The translations under genes were made by a program, and so were the position numbers. A DNA stretch of 64,000 bases, from the NCBI RefSeq assembly GCF_001194135.2, contig NC_069002.1, positions 33,454,759-33,518,758 of the forward strand, written 5' to 3'. The notes under the pieces are model-generated. The model ran no database searches. It was given only the letters and a program-made list of their open reading frames with translations, and was not told the DNA's origin. The DNA comes from Octopus bimaculoides (Eukaryota). Shown in pieces: positions 51,245 to 64,000 of this stretch (its first letter is position 1; each line of letters starts with the position of its first letter).

Positions 51245-53087
51245 TATACGTAACATATCCTCGCAAGTCCAGGGTGTCTCAAGTGCTTTGTTTCAATACT
51301 CCCTCCTGCTACAGAATATATTTTAGCTAAGATTATTCAGCAATAGATTACATATAAAAAGACGCTGTTTACACCTGTCAAGTGACATACATTGTTCACT
51401 AAAAGTCAGAAGTCATATTCAATAGTACACTATGGTAGGTGGAATGAAACACTGTAAAATAACAAGGAATTGATTTTATAATACAGTCCCAGAAAATATG
51501 ATGTCTGGCAAGAAAACGGCGTGCTAATAACTCATAATTACTTCCTTTTATCCGATGGCTAGAGGACAATATGTTCATAATAAGGAAGCCATCCTTTCAT
51601 CATATGGTGGCAACACGTCGCGGTGTCTGCTAAAACACATTGAATTTTATCCTATGGCTAGAAAACGTCATTGGTAACTGTTGGAAATCGTGTCTTCTAT
51701 CGTAAGTCAGCTGGATTTGCAGTCACATGACACGTGACAATGGGAACATGATCTGCCCTCTGGTGATGGAATAGCAAATGTAGTGTTTCAAACCTCCTTA
51801 AATTTAGTATTTAATATTTTGACATCAAAATTGCTGCTCGTGTTTTTCATCTATATCTATGATTAAAACTATTATTGGAGTTGCTCATACTGCTGTTGTT
51901 GTTGGTGTTTTGTCTGAAGTGTCACGTGATCAGATACACATTTCCGATATTTTTTTAATATAATCATAAAAGTACACAAGCGATGTCTTTTTATAATTCA
52001 TGTGTAAGAACAGAAGAAGATGAGATGAGTGAGACTTATGATTAAATATTTTCCAACCGTGGCCCTCCTGTGTTTTTTTATATATTGACGTTTCAGAGTC
52101 CAATGTTTCCTACATTTAAAACCGGAATGTTTGAAATTTAAAGGGATCAGACTGCTCTTTGTAGAGAGTCGTGCTGCCTCGCAGAGGTCCTTCGACATAA
52201 AGTACCAACTCAGCTCCGAATAGGAAAATCTACGAGTAAAAAAATGATCTCCTAACCGGGACCATCTCGCCTTTCTTTAGATATTCTAAAATTAATGGCA
52301 AATAATAGTTCGTTGGGAGAGGCATATTTAGCTGTTACTTCTAGAAGAGCAAAAGAACACGTAGATAATCCCCCGGAGATTATATTTCATTGTTTTCACC
52401 ATGCGTTACTGAACGTAATCCAGTGTCTGAGCAGAGAACAGTCAAATTACTAAATATATGGATGATATTTTGCAACTTAACAAATTGGGGGAAATCTATC
52501 ATGAAAATAAAGACAAAACACAAAAAAAAACAGAAAAAATAATATAATTCTCCTCTTCTGCGATTATTTCAAATAGATTTAGCAGGAATTGGCCAGAAAA
52601 TTACAAATATATATATATCTGTTTCAGGGAATAGTGAATGTGAACTGCAGCAGCAACGTAAAATTATTAATGCACAACCACGTCTGTTAACATACGGATA
52701 CAAACTTTTACATCACTGCAGTTAATTGCAAACGTATGCACACTTGCAAAGACTTGAATCACATACATGCATAAAGATGCAAGTACATAAACAGATACTG
52801 TAGCATCTTAAGTACTAACGTACAACTGTAAACACAAAGAGACTTACATAGATATGCAAACACACGTTTACACAGACAGACTTGCAAACGAACATACATA
52901 TGCAGATGTAAAGGAAAAAACGTTCTTACACACAGATGCAAACACGTAGTACATTACATACACGTCCAAATATAAGCGAACTTGTCACAAAACTCCAAAC
53001 GTACGCAGATATTCGTACACTTGCAAACTCACAGAAACAAACGCTTACAAAGACTTGTGAACGCTCACATGCAGAATGACATAAACT

Positions 53088-53139
<52 letters not shown>

Positions 53140-53167
53140 CATACATACATAACACACGCACATATAC

Positions 53168-53198
<31 letters not shown>

Positions 53199-54512
53199 CA
53201 TATATAACACACACACACATATATACACATATATAACACACACACAAACATNNNNNNNNNNCACACACACAAACATATATATACACATATATAACACACA
53301 CACAAACACATATATATATACACATATATAACACATATATATATATATATATATATACTTACATACACGAACACAAACATATACACACATATACATACAT
53401 TCACAAACGTACAAATACATGATATCATGGACATTTATATACAAACAGATATATACAGGGTGAGACCAAATTTAATGCATCGTCATTCTTGCACGATTCC
53501 TGCGCTGACCATGCAAGAGTTGAGGGAATATGCGGCCATGTTCTGATTCATAAATGAAAGGCATATTATGGATTCCAAGCCAAAGTTTCAGGCCATCTGG
53601 GAATCTATTAATTATATCAATTCATGCGACTAAGAAAGAAGGAAAAGATGACGAAAACAAACATGGTAACGTAACTCTTCACAAATCATGGAACAAAACA
53701 AATTTAAGCACAAATAAAAATCAAGAAATACATACAAGAAACCATGAAAAATAAATGAAAGTTTGAAAAAGTGATATAGCGAAATGAGGAAGAGAAAAAA
53801 AAAACGAAACGAAACAAGAAACAAAGAAAAGACAAAAAACGAAATTAAACTGATGTTGAGGTTGGCATTGGGAATCAGAATGCGTTTCGTTAATAGAGTA
53901 GTTGCTAGAATTGAGGTGACCATAAGAGAGAATTTTTCAAGAGACTGCAGTAATTGAAATCAGAGGATTCTTGCACAAATCAAAAATTGATTAGGGAAAG
54001 AAAATTCTGAGATAATGTGCAGCAAGGAAGAAAGTCAAGAAAGCGACTAGAAGGAAATTGGGAAGAAAAATCAGAAATAAAACAAAAACAAAGCAAAAAA
54101 ATAACTCAATGAATCTCAGAAATACTGCAAATGAGCCAAATGAAATATATAGGGGCTGTTGCTGTGTGCAAAGGAGTTAAAAAGATGAGTAGAAAACAAA
54201 GAAAAATACAGAAGAAGAAAATGAGTGGGGTAGAAAGAGTGTTTTAAAGTCTTGAATAATAATAATAATAATAATATTAATAAAAATTGGTCAACAAGAA
54301 TTATTGAAAGTAAAGGTCCAAAGAAGGGGAATTTTAAGAAATGAAATGCCGAAACGTATAAAGCCAGGTAGCTGTGTTGCGAACGAAGAATTAATTTTAA
54401 GAAAAAGGGCATAAAAATTAAAAGAAAAATAACTGGACAGAATGATGTATGGATAGAATGAGAGGGAGAATCAGTGAGAGTCAAAGAAAAAGACTGTCCT
54501 TGAGAGAAGGGG

Positions 54513-54548
<36 letters not shown>

Positions 54549-55650
54549 AAGAGAGAGAAAGAGACAGAGAGAGAGAGAGAGAAAGGAAAAAAGAGAAAGT
54601 GAAAGAAAGAGTTGAGTGAAAAATGAAGTGGTTATAATGGAGACATTGAGAGACCAGTAATTGAACGAGCGCTTTTTAAAGGGTTCTTTCCCATTAATTA
54701 ACAGGGTCCCAACACCAACGTTATGACCCTACAATCGAAGATTCACACTAAAAGCTTTTGCTTTTATTTTGAAATTACATTTTATTTCTTTATTTTTCCT
54801 AACAGTGCGTCATTAATCGAAGAAATCTGTTATAAACTCAACAAAATCTCATAAAAATCGTTAAATTAAGAAACAAAAAAGCAGCATGTTGGTGCAAATA
54901 GAAACATAATGCTAGGGAGCTTGCTGGAGAAAACTAATAGGACTTTACTTAAGAAAGACAAATCTAGTCACGACATCAGTTCAAATTTCCAGGGTAGCAT
55001 GTTTTTTAAAGGGTGGAACTTTACAAATGAGTGTAACCCGAAGAGTTAAAGCGAGTTTATGTTGATATGAGATAACCAACGGAAACTTTCGATCGACCTC
55101 ATCTGTGGGTTAAGGAAATTCTGGAATCAAAACATCTTAAATGTTCAACTGGAAAAATATGGTGTCTGATAAGTTAAGTTAATCATTAATAAGGAATATA
55201 AGGAAAATAAATTAACAGAGCCCAACATATTTTGACAAACGTTGGAAAAGATATGTATGCTATTTAACACATCAAACTCTTAAGATAGCAATGATCACAT
55301 AAATTAACCAATAGTTAGAACGTGCGTTGGAACGGCTAGATTCAATTTTGTATATGATGCCAACGAAAGATCTTCAGAAATATCACGTAAGACGTGCGGT
55401 TGAACAACCTATCAGCACTATTTCACGCGGGGGAAATATCAGAACATAATGTGTGTAAGAAACTTTTGTTCACAGTTCCTGTAAGGAAGGCCTCCTGGAA
55501 TAAAATAAAGGAAGAGGTACACAGACAAAATTAATGCAGTTTGGTAAGATATACATCACACTCGTTGGAGAGATAGTGTCACAGCTAGAGACAGGGCAAC
55601 TAGATAGAAACCGGCATGTTGAAATCTGACAAAGTGAAATATATCAAAGA

Positions 55651-56207
55651 CTAGCAGAGATACCCAGCTTTGCCCACGACACATGAAATTAAAGAATTAA
55701 ACTTTTCTTTTGTATTCTCTCTAATGAACTGGAATATGTATGATTCGAATATCATCAAAATTTCAGATTAAGAATTTTATTGAGTGTTCTTTCCCTTTTT
55801 ACATACCCTAATAAAAATTCTGATCATGATATATGTATCCCATCTTTATGCTCAGGTACCAAAATCCAAATCTTATGAGACCTATTCAAATGTTTTTTGC
55901 TCCTGAAAATTGGGGCACATGGAGCTGTAAAATGTGGGAGTTAAGGCCCCTATTAGGGGGATTTTAAAGTCAACCAGAGAAGTTGAATTGTTGGGAATCT
56001 TTTTTAACATGTGTCTCATATCAGAAAGCAAGTCACGACATAAAAACGAACGAAAAAAAAAGAAACATAAACGCCTCGATGAAGAAGCTATTGTGTGATA
56101 TATCTACTGCATCATATATACTAACATGGCGGTAAACATGCTTAGTGCCACAGAATTACGGTCTTGACGTCATCGTAGTAAAGTCTAAACACTATGTTTT
56201 ATAAAAG
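55651..56207 (-). mobile_element. Possible non-autonomous Helitron-like element
   Basis: Minus-strand 3' end gggcaaagctgggtatctctgCTAG|T resembles the terminus at 38111-38142. The other boundary is only estimated. Confidence 0.45.
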
Positions 56208-56615
56208 AAATACCTACGATTTCTGCAGGGGCCATCGTACTACAACATATTTTTCTTTTACACAAAATATCCCAGACGAACAGAAACGCATATCCACACA
56301 CTGGTATGCACAAACTTCTAATTACACGCCAATATACACACATGCACAAGCACACAGGCACGTGCGCATACGCAAAGAAACATACAACAATAATAGAATT
56401 GCAACTTAGATTCAGAACCCCGCGTGACTCAGTAACACCGAATGCAACTCTGTTCAATATACTTATCTATCTAGCTATGTATATATAAAATGCGTGTATA
56501 TTAATATATATACGCATTTTAAGTCGAATTTCTAACCGTATAATTATGTATATAATGTTGATTGCCTAATTTGAGGTTAAATCTTAATTCTTTATATATA
56601 TACATATATATATAC

Positions 56616-56699
<84 letters not shown>

Positions 56700-56705
56700 C
56701 AATAT

Positions 56706-56940
56706 ATTTGGCGAAAGCGACCGGATCTATGTAGCGCTTGGTAGTGGATTGTTCACAACGGCAATGCACCAGATCACCGAGCTCTCTTTACTGGTGAGTT
56801 CCTCGCCAAAATCCACGCCGTATGGCTTCCGCACCGCCTTAATCACAAGACTTGTCAACTACATTCTAACACCCTTATCAAAGGTCGCCATCTAAATACC
56901 CACTTGCAGAAAACGACTTTGAGACCTGATTCCACACGTC
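56706..56940 (+). mobile_element. mariner transposase remnant (second catalytic D region)
   Basis: [42 protein letters not shown] resembles mariner IRRKRPDLW..WILHHDNAPAHRA...FLAK..VLPHP. Confidence 0.85.
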
Positions 56941-57781
56941 GCAAAACCGGTGTTTTGCTGCGCAAGGTAACGATTTCAGAGGAAATGATATTAAAACATA
57001 GGTAAATAAGTTACATCTTGTTAAACATAACTCGTCAGGGAGCTTTTTGATATCACGTCGAATAATAGTATAGAAGAAGCCTTTGATTTAAAAGTGACGA
57101 TATTGATCACAACTTCAGATTTAATTTTCAGCAGGAGAGACAGAACATGTGGACAATGAATTGTTAGATAACTGTTGCTGCGAAACAATTTTAGATCTCA
57201 CAGATTAGCTGTTAATTAAATAATGTTCAATCAGTGAGTGATTGTTGTTTTTATCGCGTAATATATTTATGAACAGTTACTATTGGTAACTGCATTTGTA
57301 CATGAATATGCAGGACTGGTAAGAGTTTTTAAGGAGGCTGGCAGTTGTCAATGGATTCATTTTCCCTCTGTATACCGACAGGGTTTCTTGGAATAAAAGG
57401 AAATAGTTATGGGCCTCAAGAGATTTGTATCAATACCGTTTCGACGCTGGTGTTGAGCTGAGAATGAAAAAGGGGTCTCAACAAATACGGCAAAGCGTTT
57501 CATTTCAGGCAAATAAGCTGTATTGATTAGCACTTTTTTCAGTGATAGTTGGCTAATGCAGGTTTTGAACACAGAACGTTGAGAGTCGATAGAAACGTCT
57601 TGGGGTATAATGTCCAACAGTGTAAGGAATCTGTGAATTGGCTACGTTACAAGAGGAACTAAAGTTAACTAAAATTTCATTACATTCTCAAGAATTTCTT
57701 CTATGATTTACACCGATCCCTATGTTGTTTCAAGAAGAATATTTAAAATTAGAGAGATCACCGATTTTTTAAAAGGAGTTA

Positions 57782-57819
<38 letters not shown>

Positions 57820-59320
57820 GCACTATATTTTCCTCCTTTTCTGTTATCCAATTTGGAAACATAATGCTGTAATTTGGCAAATGTCAATTGTTTTTCAAAT
57901 ATTTTCATCTCAGTGCTATTTCTATCAGATTGTGCTATCCCATCATGTTAGCTATGTTCATTTTCCCCTCTTAGAATCACTAATCTCATGGTTTGTGTTG
58001 TCGTCCGAGAACAGATTTGTTGTGAATTGCAGGAGCTCTGTCTACTATATCTACAAGATCATCTGACTACGCACAACCCTCCTCCTTGGATCCTTGATCC
58101 CCCATAATGTAATCGCTCATTTACTGAGCAGATTAATGATGCGTACATGCAATTACGTTTCAGTAGTTGCTGAATTAGCCAGGGACCTCACTAAATCTTT
58201 TAAGGCAAATAGTTATCTAATTGTTCAACATGAGTTTGAATATGCACAAATAAAACCAGTAAGGATATGGGAGTTTGACTGAATTGGCGAAAATACTTCA
58301 TAATAGAAATATGTAGTTGTAAACTTTAGAAACTGGTTATCGCAAATACATATTTCCTTTAGCTCATTTATAAATATATATTTATTTAGTAGAGACTCCA
58401 TCGATCTCCGAGTAATATTCGTTTTACGAGGTATTGATATATCGATAAAGAATCAATTTTTTTTTTTCATTTTAGTAGAGCAATAATTCTCAATTATTTT
58501 ACATTGGTGGTGAACTAGATATCAAACCACAAATTATTGGCATACTTCTCATAGAAAATCTGAAGGACCTATTTATGAAAGACAGACATTTAAGAGAAAA
58601 CAAAGAGAAAAGCATTCTCTACGTGGTGTTATTAATCATATTAGAATACAATTACATTATGAAAGACCATTTTCAAGACGCCAAACATAAATAGAGATTT
58701 TTTCCAAAGCCTTAAATTATATTCTATACATAATCCACCAGAAGAAAACTAAAAATCAAAACTGAAAATACTTACTGCTCATCTTTTGAGCAAATCTACG
58801 ACATTTCTTCAGCTTTATCGCAGACTGTAGTAATAATATCTGATACCTTTGCCATAATTTTCCATTCAGCTTAACTAACGCTTCACCTAATATTATCCTC
58901 TCACGTCTTTAGTGTTTAATGTAGTATTCCTTATATTTGGCGCCCATCTTTGTAGAATTTATTATCGGCCATACATTCTTAAACATGTAGTTATTGCTAA
59001 GCACATCATATACAACAAATTGGTGGTAAAAGAGAAAAAACCCAAACAAAAATTAAATACTACATTGCCCAAATAATCAAAACTAAACTTTCTGTTATTC
59101 ATGCATTCGGTAGTAACTTTCATTCTGATAATCCTTGCTGTCCCTAAGAGAAATTTTCTGTAGGAACTTTAATGGGCATCTTATTTCAATCTGCTTCAGC
59201 CATTTTACTATATCTTGGCTTACTGCTCCCAACGCAGCAGTGTTCTTGGCACGACCGTTACCGCTCCAAAATCTTCCTCTTTCAAGCTTTAAGTGAATAT
59301 ATATATATATATATATATAT

Positions 59321-59550
59321 AGTTTTAGGAAAAATAACCAATTTTCAAGAACTCATCGATGAAAATCCACTATCACATATAGAAAAATTAATAATTATGA
59401 AACACGTGTAATCTTTTTATTATATTTATCTTGTATTTACTTTACTTTATATTATACTCATTTATTGTGCTTTTAATTATTAATTTTTCTATATGTGATA
59501 GTGGATTTTCATCGATGAGTTCTTGAAAATTGGTTATTTTCCCTAAAACT
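59321..59550. mobile_element. Young MITE with ~77-bp near-perfect TIRs, inserted in (TA)n
   Basis: 59321-59397 versus the reverse complement of 59474-59550 differ at one base. AT-rich spacer of about 76 bp; TA flanks. Confidence 0.9.
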
Positions 59551-59656
59551 ATATATTTTATATATACTTTATCTATAAGGCTCAATTTAATTTTAATTTT
59601 TTATAAATTGATTTTAATTGAGTTTTTTACCTGTAATTTTGGATTTTGTCCCTAAT

Positions 59657-59688
<32 letters not shown>

Positions 59689-59689
59689 T

Positions 59690-60065
59690 ATACTTTGTTT
59701 TTCTTCCTTTTTCTTTACAATCAAACGCGCATGATGGGCCGATAAGTAAGCAGCATCGTTTCTCCTTAACTATGATCGTTACGTCTGGTCCATTATTTTC
59801 TAATCTCTTCTCCGTTTGAATATCTATGTCCCACAAAATCTTAAAGTTCTCCGAGTCCATTTCTCTTTCGACTCGATGATTGTACAATGTATTTCTAGCT
59901 TCAAATTCACATGACTGACAGGTGTAGTACCAGTGTATTACCTTTACAACTTTATCGTGCCTCCATTTCTTATATTCTTCCTGTGCCAACTTGGGACATT
60001 CTGCTACAATGTGTCACTGTTTCGCCGCAAGTTCCACAGTCTCTCCATTTTTCTGATTTATTCAC
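59690..60065 (-). mobile_element. R4/Dong-like LINE fragment (zinc knuckle and REL endonuclease)
   Basis: HIVAECPKLAQEEYKKWRHDKVVKVIHW...ENFKILWDIDIQTEKRLENNGPDVTIIVKEKRCCLLI matches the REL RHD and KILWD...PD motifs. Confidence 0.9.
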
Positions 60066-60146
60066 TCCATCTGGGGTCGATATAATCGATTCATTCTTTC
60101 AAACAAAGTTGCTGCCCTTGTGGCACTATTTAAAGCAATTATTACT

Positions 60147-60180
<34 letters not shown>

Positions 60181-61657
60181 TATTGCTATATTTATCATGA
60201 TTGCTATCTTCTTTCTCTGAAAGTAACATTTGGCCGTTAAAGATTCCATATAATTTCTGATGCTATCCCCCACCACACCACTTAACTCCTCCCTCTCCGC
60301 CTCGCTTTTTTCTCTGGAAATTCCTTCAAGAAAATATGTCGAAATTCTGCTTGCTGCCACTTAAAAATCTTTCACGGAATCTCCAATCCTGGCCATCCAT
60401 ACTAAGATCAGTCATACACACACACACCCACACACACACACACAGACCCAGCTGTACAGATATAAGCGGCAGTACATAAAGTATATGAATGTAAACCAAC
60501 ATACACGTACACAAGGACACACACACACTCAAGCACACACACACACATACTATCACGCACACATACTTCCATGCGCACACACTCGCAAGCACAAACTCGC
60601 ATGTGCACACACTCGCACGCACATACACGCGCACGCACATACACTCGCATACACTTAAACGCATACGCGCACACACACACACACACAAAACAGTAACGAA
60701 CAATTTAAACCAACACATAGGAAGAATTCAAGATATGTAAGAATATACATAAGAATACTACTGATAGTCAGTCACACACACACACTATAACACTGACATG
60801 GACATTTAAACACACACATATCTACAAGGATGCACACATATACGTGAACACATACATACTCGTGTACACACAGAAATACGCATATACACCTATACTTGAA
60901 TTCATTGATACACACACGCATATACATCTAAACGACAACATCATATATATGTAGGACAGAACACNNNNNNNNNNNNNNNNNNNNNNNNNNNNNNNNNNNN
61001 NNNNNNNNNNNNNNNNNNNNNNNNNNNNNNNNNNNNNNNNNNNNNNNNNNNNNNNNNNNNNNNNNNNNNNNNNNNNNNNNNNNNNNNNNNNNNNNNNNNN
61101 NNNNNNNNNNNNNNNNNNNNNNNNNNNNNNNNNNNNNNNNNNNNNNNNNNNNNNNNNNNNNNNNNNNNNNNNNNNNNNNNNNNNNNNNNNNNNNNNNNNN
61201 NNNNNNNNNNNNNNNNNNNNNNNNNNNNNNNNNNNNNNNNNNNNNNNNNNNNNNNNNNNNNNNNNNNNNNNNNNNNNNNNNNNNNNNNNNNNNNNNNNNN
61301 NNNNNNNNNNNNNNNNNNNNNNNNNNNNNNNNNNNNNNNNNNNNNNNNNNNNNNNNNNNNNNNNNNNNNNNNNNNNNNNNNNNNNNNNNNNNNNNNNNNN
61401 NNNNNNNNNNNNNNNNNNNNNNNNNNNNNNNNNNNNNNNNNNNNNNNNNNNNNNNNNNNNNNNNNNNNNNNNNNNNNNNNNNNNNNNNNNNNNNNNNNNN
61501 NNNNNNNNNNNNNNNNNNNNNNNNNNNNNNNNNNNNNNNNNNNNNNNNNNNNNNNNNNNNNNNNNNNNNNNNNNNNNNNNNNNNNNNNNNNNNNNNNNNN
61601 NNNNNNNNNNNNNNNNNNNNNNNNNNNNNNNNNNNNNNNNNNNNNCACACATACACA

Positions 61658-61710
<53 letters not shown>

Positions 61711-62220
61711 GTGTGCGTATGTATACGTACGGAGGTACATGTGTGTATGTATATGAGCCTACAAGTAAACTGTAACAAGAGGAAAGTGGGAAAAAAACAA
61801 AATGAAGGCAAAATGCGAGTTTAATGCTTTCGACTTTGCTTAATACGGTAAACTAATAAGGCCATTATTACTGCGGTGAATTGGACAATTAAAATGATAG
61901 AGTCGGAATACTAAACAATACACGTTTCTGTTTGGTAATGCCGTAATCTTCGAGTAAGTGAGAACTGTGAACAATACGAGAGACTTAGAGAGGACATCAG
62001 TGCAGCAGTATTGATTATTAAAACTAGCGCTGAAAGAAAGAAAAAACAGAAAACGTCTGTTAGTGTTGGAATATGAGCTTATTATTTTTTTTATAAGTGT
62101 GTGTGTGTGTTTATTGTATGTATATATTTATTTATGATTGTGTCTGCTGCTCATCTCCTTGCGTTTGTTTATATATGTGTATTTGCTTGTATACACAAGC
62201 ATGTATTTATACAGTTTATG

Positions 62221-62251
<31 letters not shown>

Positions 62252-62291
62252 GTACATGAGTGTGTACATTTGTATATATATAGATAATATA

Positions 62292-62344
<53 letters not shown>

Positions 62345-62454
62345 ATATATGTACGTACGTGTGCATAAATATATATATGTGTATATATATGTACGTTTGC
62401 ATAAATATATATACATATGTGTATATATATGTACGTTTGCATAAATATATATAC

Positions 62455-62564
<110 letters not shown>

Positions 62565-63159
62565 GTGTGTATAAATATATATATATGTGTAAGTATAAAT
62601 GAATATTTCTATTTATATATACATCATATATTATAATATACATTTCTATCTATCAATCTATCTATATGCCTATCCATCTGTCTGTCTATCTCTGTATCTA
62701 TATATAGAAAGAGAGAGAAACAGGGGGAGATAGATAGATAGATAGATAGAAAGAGTGATAAAGAGACATGGTTTTATGTTGTTTTTCTGTGTATAATTTG
62801 TCTAGTCCTCATGTGGGTATGTATGAATGTGTATGTGTGTATCTAAGAATAATATATAGCAAATACATCATATATTATCCGGAAAGCAAACCTGAGGGTT
62901 CTTCTTTTTTTTCGTTTTCCTTTTTAGATGAAAACACATTCGGCAAATATAGGATATTAGCAATCGTTATTTTCTCTATGCACAGAACAATGAGTGTCAT
63001 TTATCAACATAAAATCTACTTATGTTTAAACTGTTTGTTTAGTGCTGAAAAAACTGTCATCTAAATGCTTCCCATTGTTTCACACACAAACGTATTCACA
63101 CACATACATATAAAAGGACGCAAACAGAAGTACACACAGACAAGCACAAATGTTAACAG

Positions 63160-63530
63160 TTCTGCTGGACGTTCTGCAATACACGTCGGATCATACCTGG
63201 TTTATTGCGGTAATCTTCTGGCGAAGAGCTGCCTGCAGGTCAACCGGTGTTTGTGGTTTATTGATGAGGAGTATTTTGCTTTGATGTTGCGACAAAGGAA
63301 ATAATCACAATTCGTAAATACAATTGATCGAACGCATCTTAGCATACGACTGTACTGGTGGGAAAATATATGGTTTGTAAATATTTGTTTTGTAACGTCT
63401 GGGAAGGTCTTGCCGATAGACTGTCGCTCAGTCACCGTGAATTGTTATGAGACCAACAAGTTGCGTTATTGTTCGAATCGCAGTAATCAGGAGAGGTGCA
63501 CTTGCTGCCTCTTCAAAAGAACCACATCAA
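63160..63530 (-). mobile_element. Tc1/mariner-superfamily transposase C-terminal remnant
   Basis: Minus: VRSIVFTNCDYFLCRNIKAK.. and KPQTPVDLQAALRQKITAI resemble RSPDLTPCDFFLWGYLKSKVY..KPxTxxELKxAIRxEI. Confidence 0.75.
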
Positions 63531-64000
63531 CTATACCATAGCGTGCTTCCAATTTATTTATTTTTTTTGCAAAGGTTTTCTAGTTTTCACGTCATGTTAT
63601 TTGATGCAGACATCTAATTCTATACAAATGAAAATCGAATTCAAGTTACAGTATCCTCTCACATGAGTCTCTGAAACGACTAGCGGACGATTATAACTTG
63701 ATACAAAACAGCCAGCATATTCATGTGTCTCTTGGCAGTTCTAATTCACAAAATATTGTTGGGATACATGTTAATGTGATGCAATTCAAATTCCAGTCAA
63801 CTATTTATACAATATCACAACTTAAGAACATATTTGTATGACTACATCTGTGAAAAGGGAGACAAAGATTTGAGTGGGTCTCGGAAAGCAAGTCACCACA
63901 TACATGCTTATTAAATGCATCCTCAGTAACATAGATCTGACCTTAATTAAAATTATGGTCTATGATATTTTTCTTCGTTTCAACCTTTATTATATAGCTG

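Noticed and set aside
53453-53480. TA-CAGGGTG Tc1-like terminus
   Set aside because: No partner inverted repeat or transposase trace found nearby.
57357-57617. 86-aa minus ORF faintly like a CR1 C-terminus
   Set aside because: No diagnostic motif is conserved.

Overview
AT-rich, repeat-saturated eukaryotic scaffold with ten N-gaps, most flanked by microsatellites. The SINE repertoire and the very dense (TA)n/(CA)n/(GA)n/(TAA)n tracts point to a coleoid cephalopod, probably Octopus (inference, no search run). I cannot confidently identify any host protein-coding gene. Most ORFs in the track are microsatellite or N-gap translations, and the protein-like ones are decayed transposons: four Tc1/mariner remnants, two R4/Dong-like REL LINE fragments, two RTE-like endonuclease starts and one possible Penelope GIY-YIG remnant. 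At least five tRNA-headed SINE families are present; A, B, C, E and F are my local labels. Most notable observations: (1) a near full-length U6 snRNA copy fused to the 3' tail of SINE family E; (2) a type I hammerhead ribozyme-like motif at about 34.65-34.74 kb; (3) a duplicated 11-nt microexon-like unit; (4) family C SINE arrays that break repeatedly at the same base; (5) a foldback element with a central telomere-like palindrome; (6) a young MITE with 77-bp near-perfect TIRs; (7) a tandem dimer carrying class II tRNA-like folds.
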